The notes: generated from the letters alone by a model not told the origin. DNA of 64,000 nucleotides from Octopus vulgaris (GCA_951406725.2 OX597827.1:31310001-31374000); one strand, 5' to 3'. Positions 48,548 through 60,746 are shown, counted from the stretch's first letter. Program-made: numbers and translations.

Positions 48548-50665
48548 TACATATACATACATACATCATTACTCTCTTTCTCTCTCTCTCTCTCACATCC
48601 TGTCTTTCTCTCTCTCTCTTTCCATCTCTCTATCCACCTCCCGTTCTTTCTTTACCAATTGAAACATTTTCTAAATAGAACATGTCTCGATATTTAAAAA
48701 TTTACCTAATACATACACCCAACCATTATATTTAGTCTTTATTTATTTTTCGCTTTCTTTTTTTTAACCGTTAATGATTCTCATCTCCGTCCATGCTTAA
48801 ATATTTATCTTACACAAGTTTAAACCAACAATAAACCATTAATCTAACAACATATATTTATATATATATATATATATATATATCACTTATTCTCATCAAT
48901 ATTGGCAATTCTGGATTCTTGCCTTTAATGATAACAATGTACGGGGTGCACATGAAAGGCACCCATTACATTCTGTAAAGTGGTTGACATTAAGAAGAGC
49001 AACCAGCAATAGGAATATGGCCAAAACAGACAATTGGAGCCTGGTGCAGCTCTCTGGCTTTATGTTCTGAGTTCAAATTCTGACAAGGTCAACCTTGTCT
49101 TTCATTCTTTTGGGGTCGATAAAATAAGTACCAGTTGAACACTGGGGCTGATGTGTTCAACTATCCCCTCTCCCAAAATGTCAGGCCTTGTGCTAAACTT
49201 AGAAAGAATTATTATTAGATCCTTTCAAGTGTTGGGCTCCATGGGGGAAATGACCAAGACCTTTGGCATTATGTCACGCTTGAGAAGAAGACCCATCAGT
49301 TCGAGCAAAACTGCAGTCGTGGCAGATACTGGTGTCATGCAAATAGCACCTGTGCTGGTGGCATGTAAAAGTACCCATGACACTCTCAAAGTAGTTGGCA
49401 TTAAGAAGGGCAACCAGCCATAGAAAACCATGCCAAATCAGACTGGAGTCTGGTGCAGCCTTCCAGCTTACCAGCCCTGGTCAAACCGTTCAACCCATGC
49501 CAGCATGGACGACAGACGTTAAATGGTGTTGATGATTATGATGATGATGATGAAGATGGCAAGCTGGCAGAATTGTCAGTCTGATGGGACAAATGCTGCT
49601 CAGCATTTCGTTACCATTTTATGTTCTGAGTTAAAATTCTGCTAAAGTTGACTTTCCCTTCCATCCTTTTGGGGTCGATAAAATAAGTACTGGTCAAAAA
49701 CTAGGGTTGATATAATCAACTAGTCCCCTCCTTCAAATTCCAGGCCTTCTACCTCTGGCAGAAAGAATAATTATAATTGTTATTGCCATTAGTGTTTATT
49801 GTTTTTTTTTTGTTTTTATTGAGTTTTGCTTTTCTTGGCTCTTTTTCATTTTTTGCACTTTTAAAATGACAAATATTGTCTTGCATTGCAGCATTGCAAT
49901 AATTTCTGTATTTTGGTTCCAAGACTAAGTCAATGTGGATAAAAATCTGTTGAAAAAAAAAGGACAAAAGACAGTGAAGATGGTGGTGATGGGAATGGTA
50001 GGGACAACAACGATGACAACGATGATGATGTTGATGATGATGGTGGTGATGATGGTGATGGTAATGATAATGATGGTGATGATAAAGATGGTGATGATGA
50101 TGATGATGATGATGATGATGGTGATGATGGTGATGATGATGATGGTGGGGTGATGATGATGGTGGTGGTGGTAGTGATGATGGTGATAAAGATGATGATG
50201 ATGATGAAGATGATGATAATGATGGTGATGATAATGATGGTACTGGTGAGGGTGTTGGTAGTGGGGATGATAAATGGTAATGATGAAAATGGTGACAGTG
50301 GTGATATGATGCTGGTATTAATGATGAAGATGACGATGGACGTGGAGGTGATAGCGACGTTGGTGTTGGTGATGGATGGCAGCAATAACAGTGATGCTGA
50401 CAATGCAAACTGTGATGATATGAGTGAGAATGATGTTTATGGCAATGATTATAACGACGCTGCTGCTCCTGATGATGATGATTATAATGATTATGATGAT
50501 GATGACGATGGTGGTGGTGGTGATGATGGTGGTGGTGGTGGTGGTGGTGGTAGTGGTGGTGGTGGTGATGATGATGATGATGATGATGGCAATGATGATG
50601 ATAGGGGTTTTGCTGCTGTTGCTGATATTAATAACATTCCATTTCCAACTTGCAATTTAAATTTG

Positions 50666-50701
<36 letters not shown>

Positions 50702-50704
<3 letters not shown>

Positions 50705-50994
50705 AGGATATATATACTCGGGGCTTCAGTGGTATCGCCTCGTGTGTATATGTTCGCCTTTTCTTTTGGGACTTTGCTGATGAAACAAACCAATTGTAAA
50801 CGGATTTAATTTAATTTAATTAAGTTCGATTGCGTAAAAATTGTTGAAACCTTGCAGGGTACAAAGTTGAAAAGGATAAATGTTTTTATTTCTCCTTTAG
50901 CTTTCAGGATTACTACTATTTTTGCGGTTTGAGTTTTGGCTGCTCTTTTCAAGTGAGTCGAACGACCTGTAAGGGTCTTTCCTTAATATTTTGT

Positions 50995-50996
<2 letters not shown>
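50702..50996 (+). mobile_element. Hammerhead-bearing element in (TA)n, probably a solo Penelope-like pseudo-LTR
   Basis: (TA)n at 50668-50701 and 50997-51041; contains the hammerhead at 50770-50868. Confidence 0.55.
50770..50868 (+). ncRNA. Type I hammerhead ribozyme, complete three-helix core
   Basis: GACTTTG-CTGATGA-AACAA-(52 nt)-TTGTT-GAA-ACCT-TGCA-GGGT-A-CAAAGTT; GUA triplet, predicted cleavage after A50861. Confidence 0.85.
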
Positions 50997-51041
<45 letters not shown>

Positions 51042-51043
<2 letters not shown>

Positions 51044-51330
51044 CGGGAAGCTTTATGAAAATAGACAAAAGAAGGTAGGTTTACGGAAATAAACAAAAGA
51101 CGAAGGCAGGTGGAATACAAACAAACAATTGTATTAGTATGGCGCTCAGGAAATATAAATAAAACAAGTCTTTAACGTTTCGAGCCTACGCTCTTCAACA
51201 GAAAGATACACAGAGAAAAAACACAGAAAGAAGGAGAGAAAAAAAATATGCGTGCAGAAGCTAGCGAATGAACATGGCGATCTGATTTCGGCCAGAAGTC
51301 AAAGATCAAACATGAGACGCAAGAGCGAAA
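51042..51330 (-). mobile_element. Penelope-like pseudo-LTR fragment ending at (TA)n
   Basis: Contains the minimal hammerhead at 51169-51206; CpG-rich compared with the flanks. Confidence 0.5.
51169..51206 (-). ncRNA. Minimal type I hammerhead, variant core
   Basis: Minus strand TCTTT-CTGTTGA-A-GAGC-GTAG-GCTC-GAA-ACGT-T-AAAGA; the core reads CUGUUGA instead of CUGAUGA. Confidence 0.7.
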
Positions 51331-52195
51331 TTAGGGGAGATAATAGGGTTGAATGACCTCACCCCAACATAAGAGTGTGTGTGTGTGTATGAGAAGAGTG
51401 TGTGTGTGTGTAGGAGAGAGTATTAGTGCGTATGAGAGGTCTGGACGTGTGTATGTATATATGATGTGATTTGTAAAGTCGTATGGTGTAGTGTGGAGAG
51501 AGGAGATGAGGGAAGAGGGGTGAGGTAATGGGTAGGAGAGGGGGAGAAAGAAAGGGGAGAAGGAAAGGGGAGAAGAGGGGGGAAGGGGAAGGGGAGAAGG
51601 AAGGAGAGGAGAAGAGGAGGGGAGAGGAGGAGGGTGGATAGAGGGAGAGGGGAGAGAGAGAGAAGGGGAGTGAGGGAGCAGAGAGAAAGAGGGAAGGGGA
51701 AGAGGGAAGAAGGAGGGAGGGAGAAAGAGGGAAGAAGGGAAGAGGAGTAGGGGTGAAAGGATGAAGGACTGAAGAGAAGTAGGGGTCGGGGGGAGGTTAG
51801 ATGAGGAGGGGGAGAGGGGGTTAGATGATATAATCACATACACATAAATATATATGTATATGTGTGTATGTATATATAGATATAATACAGACATACACAC
51901 ACACAAATGTGTGTATATATGTATGTATAGGTTATATATGTGTATCTGCATGTTTGTGTCTCCTTGAATTCAGACACAGTGGAACAGTTGTAAATGAGCA
52001 TCACCATCATACCAGTGGTGTTGTTTGTTTCCAATCCTCCAAGAAAAACATGTCTGGCCATGGGAAATATTATAATTGGAAACAGGTGAGGGTTGGCAAC
52101 AGGGAGAGCACCCAGCCGTAGAAAATCTTCCTTAACAAATTCCATCACATCCATGCAAACATGGGAAACATCCACTATTCCATGCTTACAAAGTT

Positions 52196-52500
52196 CACCA
52201 GCACCACCAGCACCAGCACCATCAGCACCAGCACCAGCAGCACCAGCACCACCACCAGCCCCAGCACCACTAGCACCAGCACCAGCACCACCAGCAGCAC
52301 CAGCAGCACCACCAGCACCACCACCAGCACCAGCAGCCCCAGCACCACCAGCACCAGCACCACCAGCACCATCAGCACCAGCACCAGCAGCACCAGCACC
52401 AGCACCACCAGCACCAGCACCACCAGCAGCACCACCAGCCCCAGCACCAGCACCAGCACCACCAGCACCACCAGCACCAGCACCACCAGCACCATCATCA
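52196..52500. repeat. (CCAGCA)n/(CCA)n degenerate microsatellite
   Basis: Seen directly. Confidence 0.9.
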
Positions 52501-53893
52501 CCATTACCATCACCACGAACACCACCACCAATAACAACACCATCTCCCCCACTAAAGCCACCATCACCACCACCATAGCAAACTATCATCACCAACTCCA
52601 TCCTCATCATCATTGTTACCAACATCATTATCACTTCTTCTAATACCACCACCACCACCATTGTCATCATCATCATTGTTGTCATCACCACCACCGCCAC
52701 CCCTAACAGCCTTCTTGCTTTCTTTAACTTCAGATTTCTCAACACTGATTTGTTGCTTGAATCAAAATACAGAAATTATTGCACTGTTGCGACACAAGAT
52801 GATATTTGTCATTTCGAAAACGAAAGGAAAGCAAAAGGCACAAAGTTTAAACAACAATAATAGTATTAACAAATAAATGAAAAAAAAAAGTAAATGAATA
52901 AATAAATTTTACAACTAAATTATTGTTATCAGTAAAGTACAAAGAAGTAGAAAAGAGACTGAAAATGCCAAAAAAAAGAAACAAAAAGTCTGAGATTGGT
53001 GATAGTAAGTGTCATGGTGCATCGATAGCTATTAGTTCAAGAATAGCCTCTAGTGCCATGAATAATGTAGATAAATTCTCAGACACAGAAAGCTGTACAT
53101 AGTGGGTCTCTCGGTGTATTTTGTCACTATTTTAGTGTTACTGTTGCAAAGTGTTGAAATCATTAAGATCTCTGATCGGCTGCTGATGAAGGGAATGCCA
53201 TGTAGTGCAAGACTGCATATGTAAAATATATGCTTCCTGTTATGTTAATGTGTATTTAACTCTGAACTTTTTCCAACCACATTTCAGTATATGTGTACCA
53301 TGCTACAGCTTACAATTAAAAAAGGAGATTCTTACTTTAATCTCTAGTACAGTCATGGGCAACCTTTGCAAGGAAGTGGCCACATGAGACATGTGCCATT
53401 CAAGAGGTACTGTGGGCCACAATTTGCCCATGACTGTTCTGGTATGTTGCACCAAACTTGACTACACAACAGGTGGACTTGTGCAGTTGTTAAGTGGTAT
53501 CCAAAAGATCAGAAGAGTCCACTTGGAAGACCTCCAAGACAATGGGAAAATGGCACAGTGCAAAAATTTGGGGATCAAATGGGAGAGAAGGAAACAATCA
53601 AGGGAAGAAATGATTTTTTTAATGTACCATAAAGGTAAAAACAAAGAGAGGACAGACAAAGGGATCAGGGGATCGAATGAAATGACAAGATTAAAAATTT
53701 ATGATGATATATAAAAACGGATGATGATGATGGAGTGAGGGATGGGTACAACCCCACAAACCACATTCCTCCACTGAACCCTTTAAGAGACTTTTATGTT
53801 CTCCCTTAAGCAGGCACATTCACTCTCACCATGCTTGCCACTTTCTTCCATCTTTTCTCATATGCACTGAGTGGCAAGAGTCTCCTCTCCAGC

Positions 53894-54262
53894 TTTATTA
53901 CCTCTGCCTTAGCGAAGGTGGAGGTATTGTTTTCAATTGTATTTGTTTGTTTGTCCATGGACAAGATATCTCAAGAACCAATGAATGGATTCAGATGAAA
54001 CTTCCAGGGATATTTGGCCTCATGACTGGCACAAACTGATTAGTTTTTGGGATCAATCTGATACCCGACAAGGATTCTGGATTATTTTTCCTGTTTCTTT
54101 ACTTAATTTTTGAGAGCGGTTGGGTTCATTTTTAGTTTCCTCATTTGTGAGAGCAGTTGAGTTTATTTCAGATATTCTCATTTTAAAAATCATCTCTGGC
54201 TAATCATTGAGAGGATGTTGGTGTTGCCTTGGCGGAGGTTTGCACTCTTTGAGTGCTCTTGT
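53894..54262 (+). mobile_element. Helentron-associated non-autonomous element (HINE/DINE-1-like)
   Basis: 5' TTTATTACCTCTGCCTTAGCGAAGGTGGAGGT; (TTTG)n; 3' CCTTGGCGGAGGT followed by stem-loop GCACTC-TTT-GAGTGC; T-rich flanks. Confidence 0.75.
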
Positions 54263-54961
54263 TTTCCTCTTAAGATGGAAAACAAAAAAGTTCACTAAAC
54301 CGAGGCTGGAGATAAAGACGCCTGTCACTATACCTTTCATGTGTGTCCTCCACATTACCTCTTTTGCAACGGCCACTACAGAGAAAAAACAGATCTTCCC
54401 TTCCCTGTTCAGAGAGGGTGGTGGAACAATCTTTCTTGAAGTGCACTGTGTTCAGTGTTGTAGGAGGACATTTCATAGTCTGGTTGACACAGAGATAGAG
54501 TAATGACAATTACATCAGGCTGGATATATATTATATTATTAAAGTAATCCTAAACTCTCTTTCTTTCTTCCTTTCTCTCTTACTTTTCAGCCCCCCCTCT
54601 CTCTCTTCTATCTAATCTCCACTCTTCATGCTAGGGTGACAAAGCCATAATCTGCATCAGTTTTATTAATGCTTCAACTTCATGAGGTGTGTGTTGCCAT
54701 CCAAGAACAACGAGGGATGTGCCTGCTAGTAAAAAGCTGTCTTGGACAGCTGTTGCCATTGTTCTCTCTCTCTCTCTCCCCCCCCCTCTCTCTCTGTCTG
54801 TAGCTTAATGTCTGTAATCTAGTAGTACATCTGTTTGTTCTCAGCATCCATCTGATCCATTAGTGGTTAGTGGCTCAGAAAATATCACAAAACACAAGAA
54901 ATCTATAACATAAGAAATCTAAATAATAATCTACATAATATAATAAATATATAATGTATAT

Positions 54962-55350
54962 AGGTGCAGGAGTAGCTGTGTGGTAAGTAGCTTTCTTACC
55001 AACCACAAGGTTCTTGGTTCAGTCCCACTTGGGCAAGTGTCTTCTACTGTAGCTTCAGGCTGACCAAAGCCTTATGAGTGGATTTGGTAGATGGAAACTG
55101 AAAGAAGCCCATCGTATATATGTATGTGTGTGTATATGTTTGTGTGTCTGTGTTTGTCCCCCGAACATCACTTGACAACCGACGCTGGTGTGTTTACATC
55201 TCCGTAACTTAGCGGTTTGGCAAAAGAGACTGATAGAATAAGTACTGGGCTCACAAAGAATAAGTCCTGGGGTCGATTTGCTCAACTAAGTGCAGTGCTC
55301 CTCCAGCATGGCTGCAGTCAAATGACTGAAACAAGTAAAATAGTAAAAGA
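54962..55350 (+). mobile_element. SINE family A
   Basis: Full-length copy. Confidence 0.85.
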
Positions 55351-56274
55351 GTATATAATACAAGTCCTCCTCCTCTCATCATCATCATCATTCTCCTCCT
55401 CCTCCTCCTCATCATCATCATCATTTAAGTACCATGTTCTGTGCTGGCATAGGTTGGACAGTTTGACAGGATCCAATACATCAAAAGAATGCATCAGGCT
55501 CCAATTCCTACTCTGGCATGGTTTCTACAGCTGGATGCCCTTCCTAACATCAAGCACTTTACAGCATCCACTGGGTGCTTTTTTCATGGCACCAGCACCA
55601 GTGAGGTCACGCTGCAGCTATGAAAACTACGAACCCTGAGGGAGGTGAAGTTGTCAAAAGGCTAAGGGAGACGAGGGATTTAAAGCAGGAGGATAGAAGG
55701 GGTCAGAACAGAAGATATTTCTTGCTGCAGAGGAGCTACATGGGTACTCACATTTTAGAAGAGAGGATGGCAGGGATTGGGGTGAAGCAGGGAAGAGATA
55801 AGAACAGTAGGGGATGAGATGAGCAGAAGTGAGTGGGGACAGAGGAACTGAGAGTGTGGGTGGGTAGAAAGTGCAAGAGAGGATGGGAGAGTGAAGGGTG
55901 ATGATGGGTGAGTGGGTGGAAGGTAATAAATAATGGAGTAAAATTAAGGCAAAAGGTATTCCAGCCATGAACATCCTGCTTTTTCTTTTCCTAGACTTAG
56001 TGTATTAAGGGACTACATTATCAATGTGTCCCTCCTTTACTCAAAATTATTGGCCTTATGCCTAAATTGGTCTCAAATTTTGTCACAAGGCCAGGAATTT
56101 TGAGGAAAGGGGACTATTTGATTACACCAAACCCTGATTACATCAACTGGTACTTATTTGATTGAACCCGAAAATACAAAAGGCAAAGTCCACCTTCACA
56201 GTATTTGAACTCAGAAGAAATGTCACAAAGTATTTTGTCTGGCATAGTAATGATTCAGTCAGCTTGCTGTCTAG

Positions 56275-56850
56275 TCATCATCATCATTTCACACCCACTT
56301 TCCATGCTTGCATGGGTTGGACAGTTTGACTGAGGGTTAGGGTTAGGGTTAGGCCAGGAGGCTGCATCAGGCTCCAATCTGATCTGGCAAGGTTTCTACA
56401 GCTGGATGCCCTTCCTAATGTCAACCACTCCAAGAGTGTAGTGGGTGCTTATTACATGCCACCAGCACGGGTGTCAGTCAGGTGGTACTGCATCGACCAT
56501 GTTCGGATGTTGCCCTTTATGTGCCATCAATATGGGTGCCAGTCAGGCGGAATTGGCATCGACCACGTTTGGATGGTGCCTTTTATGTGCAACCAGCATG
56601 GTTGCCAGTCAGGCGGCACTGGCATTAACCAAGTTTGGATGGTGCCTTTTACATACCACCAACATGGGTGCAAGTCAGGCAGCACTGACATTGATTATGC
56701 TCAGATAGTGCCTTTTTCGTGCCACCAGCACAAGTGCTGGTTAGGTGGCAGTGACATCAACCACACTTGGATGGTGTCTTTTATGTGTCACCAGCACGGG
56801 TGCCAGTAAAGCGGCACTGGCATTGACCACATCTGGATGGTGCTTTTTAC
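56275..56850 (-). mobile_element. RTE 3' tail with about 7 copies of a ~63-bp minisatellite
   Basis: Unit GGTGCTTTTTATGTGCCACCAGCACGGGTGCCAGTCAGGCGGCACTGGCATCGACCACGTTTGGAT repeated at 56445-56850. Confidence 0.8.
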
Positions 56851-57950
56851 ATTGCTCATTTTATTGACCCGGAAAGGGCAAAAGGCAAAGTAGTCTTTGG
56901 TGGAATTTGAACTCAGATTGTAAGATCAGAAGAAATTCCACTAAGCATTTTGTGCCAGCCCACTGCCGCCTTACACCTTATGCCTTAATTAAAACCAATT
57001 AAGCAGAATCATTAGAGTGTTTACTCTGGCTCTTTATGTTTTGAGTTCAAATTCTGCTGGAGCCAACATTGCTTTTTATCCTTTCAGGGTTGATGAAATA
57101 AAGTAGCAGTCAAATATTGGAGTTGATGGTATGCACTAAGCCCCTCCCCTCAAAATTGCTGGCCTAATGCTTCAATCGGAAACCATTATTTATTGGACAT
57201 GTTTGGGATAAATTCCTGGCATTGGATGAGGGTGAAAATGTGCAATGATAAGTAAATGTATGTCTGTTGTGTGTGTGTGTTTGTGTTTGTGTGCTTGTGT
57301 GTGTGCTTGTATGTGTTTGTGTGTGTGTGTGTGATTTTGTGTGTGAGTCTGTGTGTGCTTGTGTGTGTGTGTGCGTGATTTTGTGTGTGAGTGTGTGTTT
57401 GTGATTTTGTATGTTTATGTTTGTGTGTGTGTGTGTGTGATTTTGTGTGTGTGTTTGTGTGAGTCTGTTTTTGTGTGTCTGTGTGAGTCTGTGTGTGCAT
57501 GTCTGTGTGTAACAAAGTTAAGTATGCTACCTTAGAAAAAATGGAATCTTCTGTTAAGGGGGGGGGACTTAATATTGTCTTGTTGTTGTCATCATTGTTG
57601 TAGCTGTCACTGTTAGTCTTGTTGCCACTGCTGCTCTTCTGGTAGTTGTTGTTGTTGCTGCTGCTGCTTCTGTTGCTGTTGCAGCTACTGCTGCTGTTGT
57701 TGTTGTTGAGATTAACCCAACTAACAACAGACAGCAACCACAATAAGTGTTTGACAACAAACTCTTCTGATGCTCCAATATAGTAAACAGATCATTAAGC
57801 TGGCTCTGGGAAATATGTTATGGGCCCAGGGTGGAGATTGTTTGAAGTTATCAGAGATAACCTGGTTGCTATTTTCAGCTGAGAATCCATAAGATAAACA
57901 TTTGCAGTTTAATAATAAAAATAATAATAGTAATAATAATAATAATAATG

Positions 57951-57987
<37 letters not shown>

Positions 57988-58118
57988 TTAACAGTAATAA
58001 CAACAACAACAACAAAAACAATAATGTATGTGTATGTATGTGTGTGTGTGTGAGGCATATGTGCATGCATTATATATTCATGCACACACATAACTGTACA
58101 TGTATGTACATACATATA

Positions 58119-58175
<57 letters not shown>

Positions 58176-58176
58176 T

Positions 58177-58207
<31 letters not shown>

Positions 58208-58244
58208 GTGTGTGTGTCTATAAGTATCTCTTTCTTGCTATATA

Positions 58245-58481
58245 TTGGGTTGGTGCATAATAATTGCGGCTTTTCTTCAACAAATTTTATTCAACAAAAG
58301 CAATAACAATATTCAACAAAAACATCTTTCAATGACAGTCTAACCATCTGCCAAGCAAATGGGGAAGCAGTAACTGAAGTAGATGGTGAATATGCTCTGG
58401 AATAATCATTTAAAGATGTTTTTGTTACATATTGTTATTGCTTTTGTTGAAAAAAGCCGCAATAATTATGAACCAACTCAA
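58245..58481. mobile_element. Mariner-derived MITE (Made1-like TIRs)
   Basis: TA|TTGGGTTGGTGCATAATAATTGCGGC...GCCGCAATAATTATGAACCAACTCAA|TA. Confidence 0.85.
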
Positions 58482-58625
58482 TATATACATCATCATCGTC
58501 GTCATTTAACATCTGCTTTCCATGCTGGCATGGGTTGGACGGTTTGACTGAGGGCTGGTGAGCCAGAAGGCTACACCAGGCTTCAATCTGATCTGGCAAA
58601 GTTTCTACAACTGGATGTATATGTA

Positions 58626-59883
58626 TTAGGTTGTCAAGAAAGTTCTTGCGGAATTTTTAATTTTGGTTTTAAATTATGTATTTTCAAATTAATTTTCATT
58701 AAATTACTTTATATATCATTTTAAAGTCCATTTTTCACTCTATCTAATCATGTTACTCTTTTTCTTTTTGAATAATTAAGCCATTTTTCTGGAATGTTGA
58801 ATACAACGTGGACAAAAGCAAATTCGCACAATTTTCTTATTCCATTTCAAGCTAGGCTGAAAAGCTGCTGAAACAGCTCACAATATCAACGATGCATTTG
58901 GCCCAGGAACCACTAATGAATGTGTGGAACAATGGTGGTTCAAGAAATTTCATAGTGGTGATGAGAGTCTTTAAGATGATAAGCATAGTGGTCGGACATC
59001 AATCAACTAAGGCCCTTAGTCGAAGCCAATCCACACACAACTGTTCGTGAGCTTGCTTCTGAATTAGACGTAACGTGTATGACAATTTCCAACCACTTGA
59101 AAGAGATTGGAAAAACAAAAATACTTCAGAAATGGGTGCCACATGAATTGAACGACAACTAAAAAAAAAGCTGTTTTGAAGTGTCATCTTCCCTTCTTTT
59201 ACACAACAAGAAGGATCCATTTCTCAACCAGATTGTGACTTGTGATGAAAAGTGGATTATTCATGACAACTGGTGACACTCAGCTCAGTGGCTGGACGCC
59301 GATGAAGCTCCACAGCACTTCCTGAAGCCAAAGTTGCCCCAAAAGAAGGCCATGGTGACTGTTTTGTGGTCTGCGGCCAGTCTCATCCGTCACAACTTTT
59401 TGGATCCAGATGAAAACATTATGGCAGAGAAGTACTGTCAGCAAATGGATGAAATGCATAAGAAACTCCGACAACAACAGCCAACATTGGTCAATAGAAA
59501 AAGACCAATTCTTCTCCACGACAACACTCGGCCACATGTTGCACAACTGACCCTGCAGTAGTTAAACAAATTGGGCTACAAAACTCATCTGCCATACTCA
59601 ACAGACCTCTCGCCTACCGACTAACACTTTTTCAAGCATCTCGACAACTTCCTGCATGAGAAATGCTTCAAAACTGAAGACAATGCCAAACACACCTTCA
59701 ATGACTTCATCGCCACCAGAAAGCAGAATTTTTATGCTACTGCATAAATAAACTTGTTTTGCGTTGGCAAAAGTGTGTTGATTCTGATGGTGTTTATTTC
59801 AATTAATAAAGTTTTGTTTGAGCCGAGATATGTGCATCTGATTTTAAAGGTTAAAAACTGCAAGAACTTACCTGACAACCTAA
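58626..59883 (+). mobile_element. Full-length defective mariner, cecropia subfamily (Hsmar1-like)
   Basis: TA|TTAGGTTGTCAAGAAAGTTCTTGC...GCAAGAACTTACCTGACAACCTAA|TA; KAAETAHNINDAFGPGT, WVPHEL, IVTCDEKW, ILLHDNTRPH, DLSPTD*HFFKHLDNFL; several stops and frameshifts. Confidence 0.95.
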
Positions 59884-60396
59884 TATATGTATATGTCACT
59901 GTGTGTGTGTGTGTGTGTGTGTGTATGTATATTATGTCAGGTCACTCTTAGAGCTACCAATAATGTAATCCAGTACAGCATTACACATGGTAGGACTGCT
60001 GGCAACCCTACCAAGCAAGCTTGATAAAGAGGGTGGAAAGGAACTCACTGAACAGGTTTTACAGGCAAAACCAACTAGCAGGTGACCCAGGGGTTGACTG
60101 TTGATTGGATAACATCCATGAGCTTGGTTGGTCTTGCTTGAGGATCCAGCTGGGTCAACTGGAAACAGCTGCTTGTGACAGGACCCAATATAAAGTGTGC
60201 TTAAGGAAACTGCCCTCATGTCCATCCCAGGGACAAGTGGCCAACAGAGATGGGATGTGATGAAACAAGAGTGTCTGCATCCAGAACAACATTATCCAAT
60301 TGACCCTTCCCTTTTAAGATGTGACTGAAAGAAAATTTCGGCTGCAATTTCTGGCAGGTTCTGTTCAGCATTCCTTCACTGATGCAATATATTTAT

Positions 60397-60746
60397 CCAT
60401 TATTTACATTGGACGGAGAGGTGTCCTCACCTTGTTTGTTGTTATCACAAAGTTTTGGCTGATTTACTCTCCAGCCTTCATCAGGTGTCCTGGTGGAATT
60501 TCAAATCCAGCCCTTTATTTGACTTAATGGGGTACTCTGTTCTCATTCCTAATGTACAATTTTGTTGATGTTATTATCATTACTTATTCAAGTCTGACTG
60601 GGATTGAACTCGGAATCTTGAAGTTAGTAGCCTGCACTCTTAACTACTCTGCTATATGCCCGTGTGGTAACAGCAAACAAGGTGAAGACCCCTATCTGTC
60701 CAATGTAAATAATGTACATAATTCCTCATCTCTAAAATACAGAACA
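60397..60746 (-). mobile_element. Family H element (older copy)
   Basis: Minus head ...GAGTAGTTAAGAGTGCAGGCTACTAAC..TTCCGAGTTCAATCC; GACAC-CTGATGAAGGCTG..CAGCC; inverted tail at 60670-60746; TSD GCAA(T/C)ATATTTAT at 60384-60396 and 60747-60759. Confidence 0.75.

Noticed and set aside
51834-52745. 303-aa Gly/Ala-rich ORF and antisense Pro/Ala-rich ORF resembling silk or extensin proteins
   Set aside because: It is a (CCAGCA)n microsatellite open in most frames and fused to a family D SINE; there is no signal peptide or splice evidence.
53183-53240. CTGATGA followed by a possible AGGGA/TTCCT stem
   Set aside because: There is no GAAA after the stem and no helix I or III, so it is not called a hammerhead.
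56445-56850. Regularly spaced repeats resembling a CRISPR array
   Set aside because: Whole units are homologous with no unique spacers, the context is eukaryotic, there are no cas genes, and it is part of an RTE 3' UTR.
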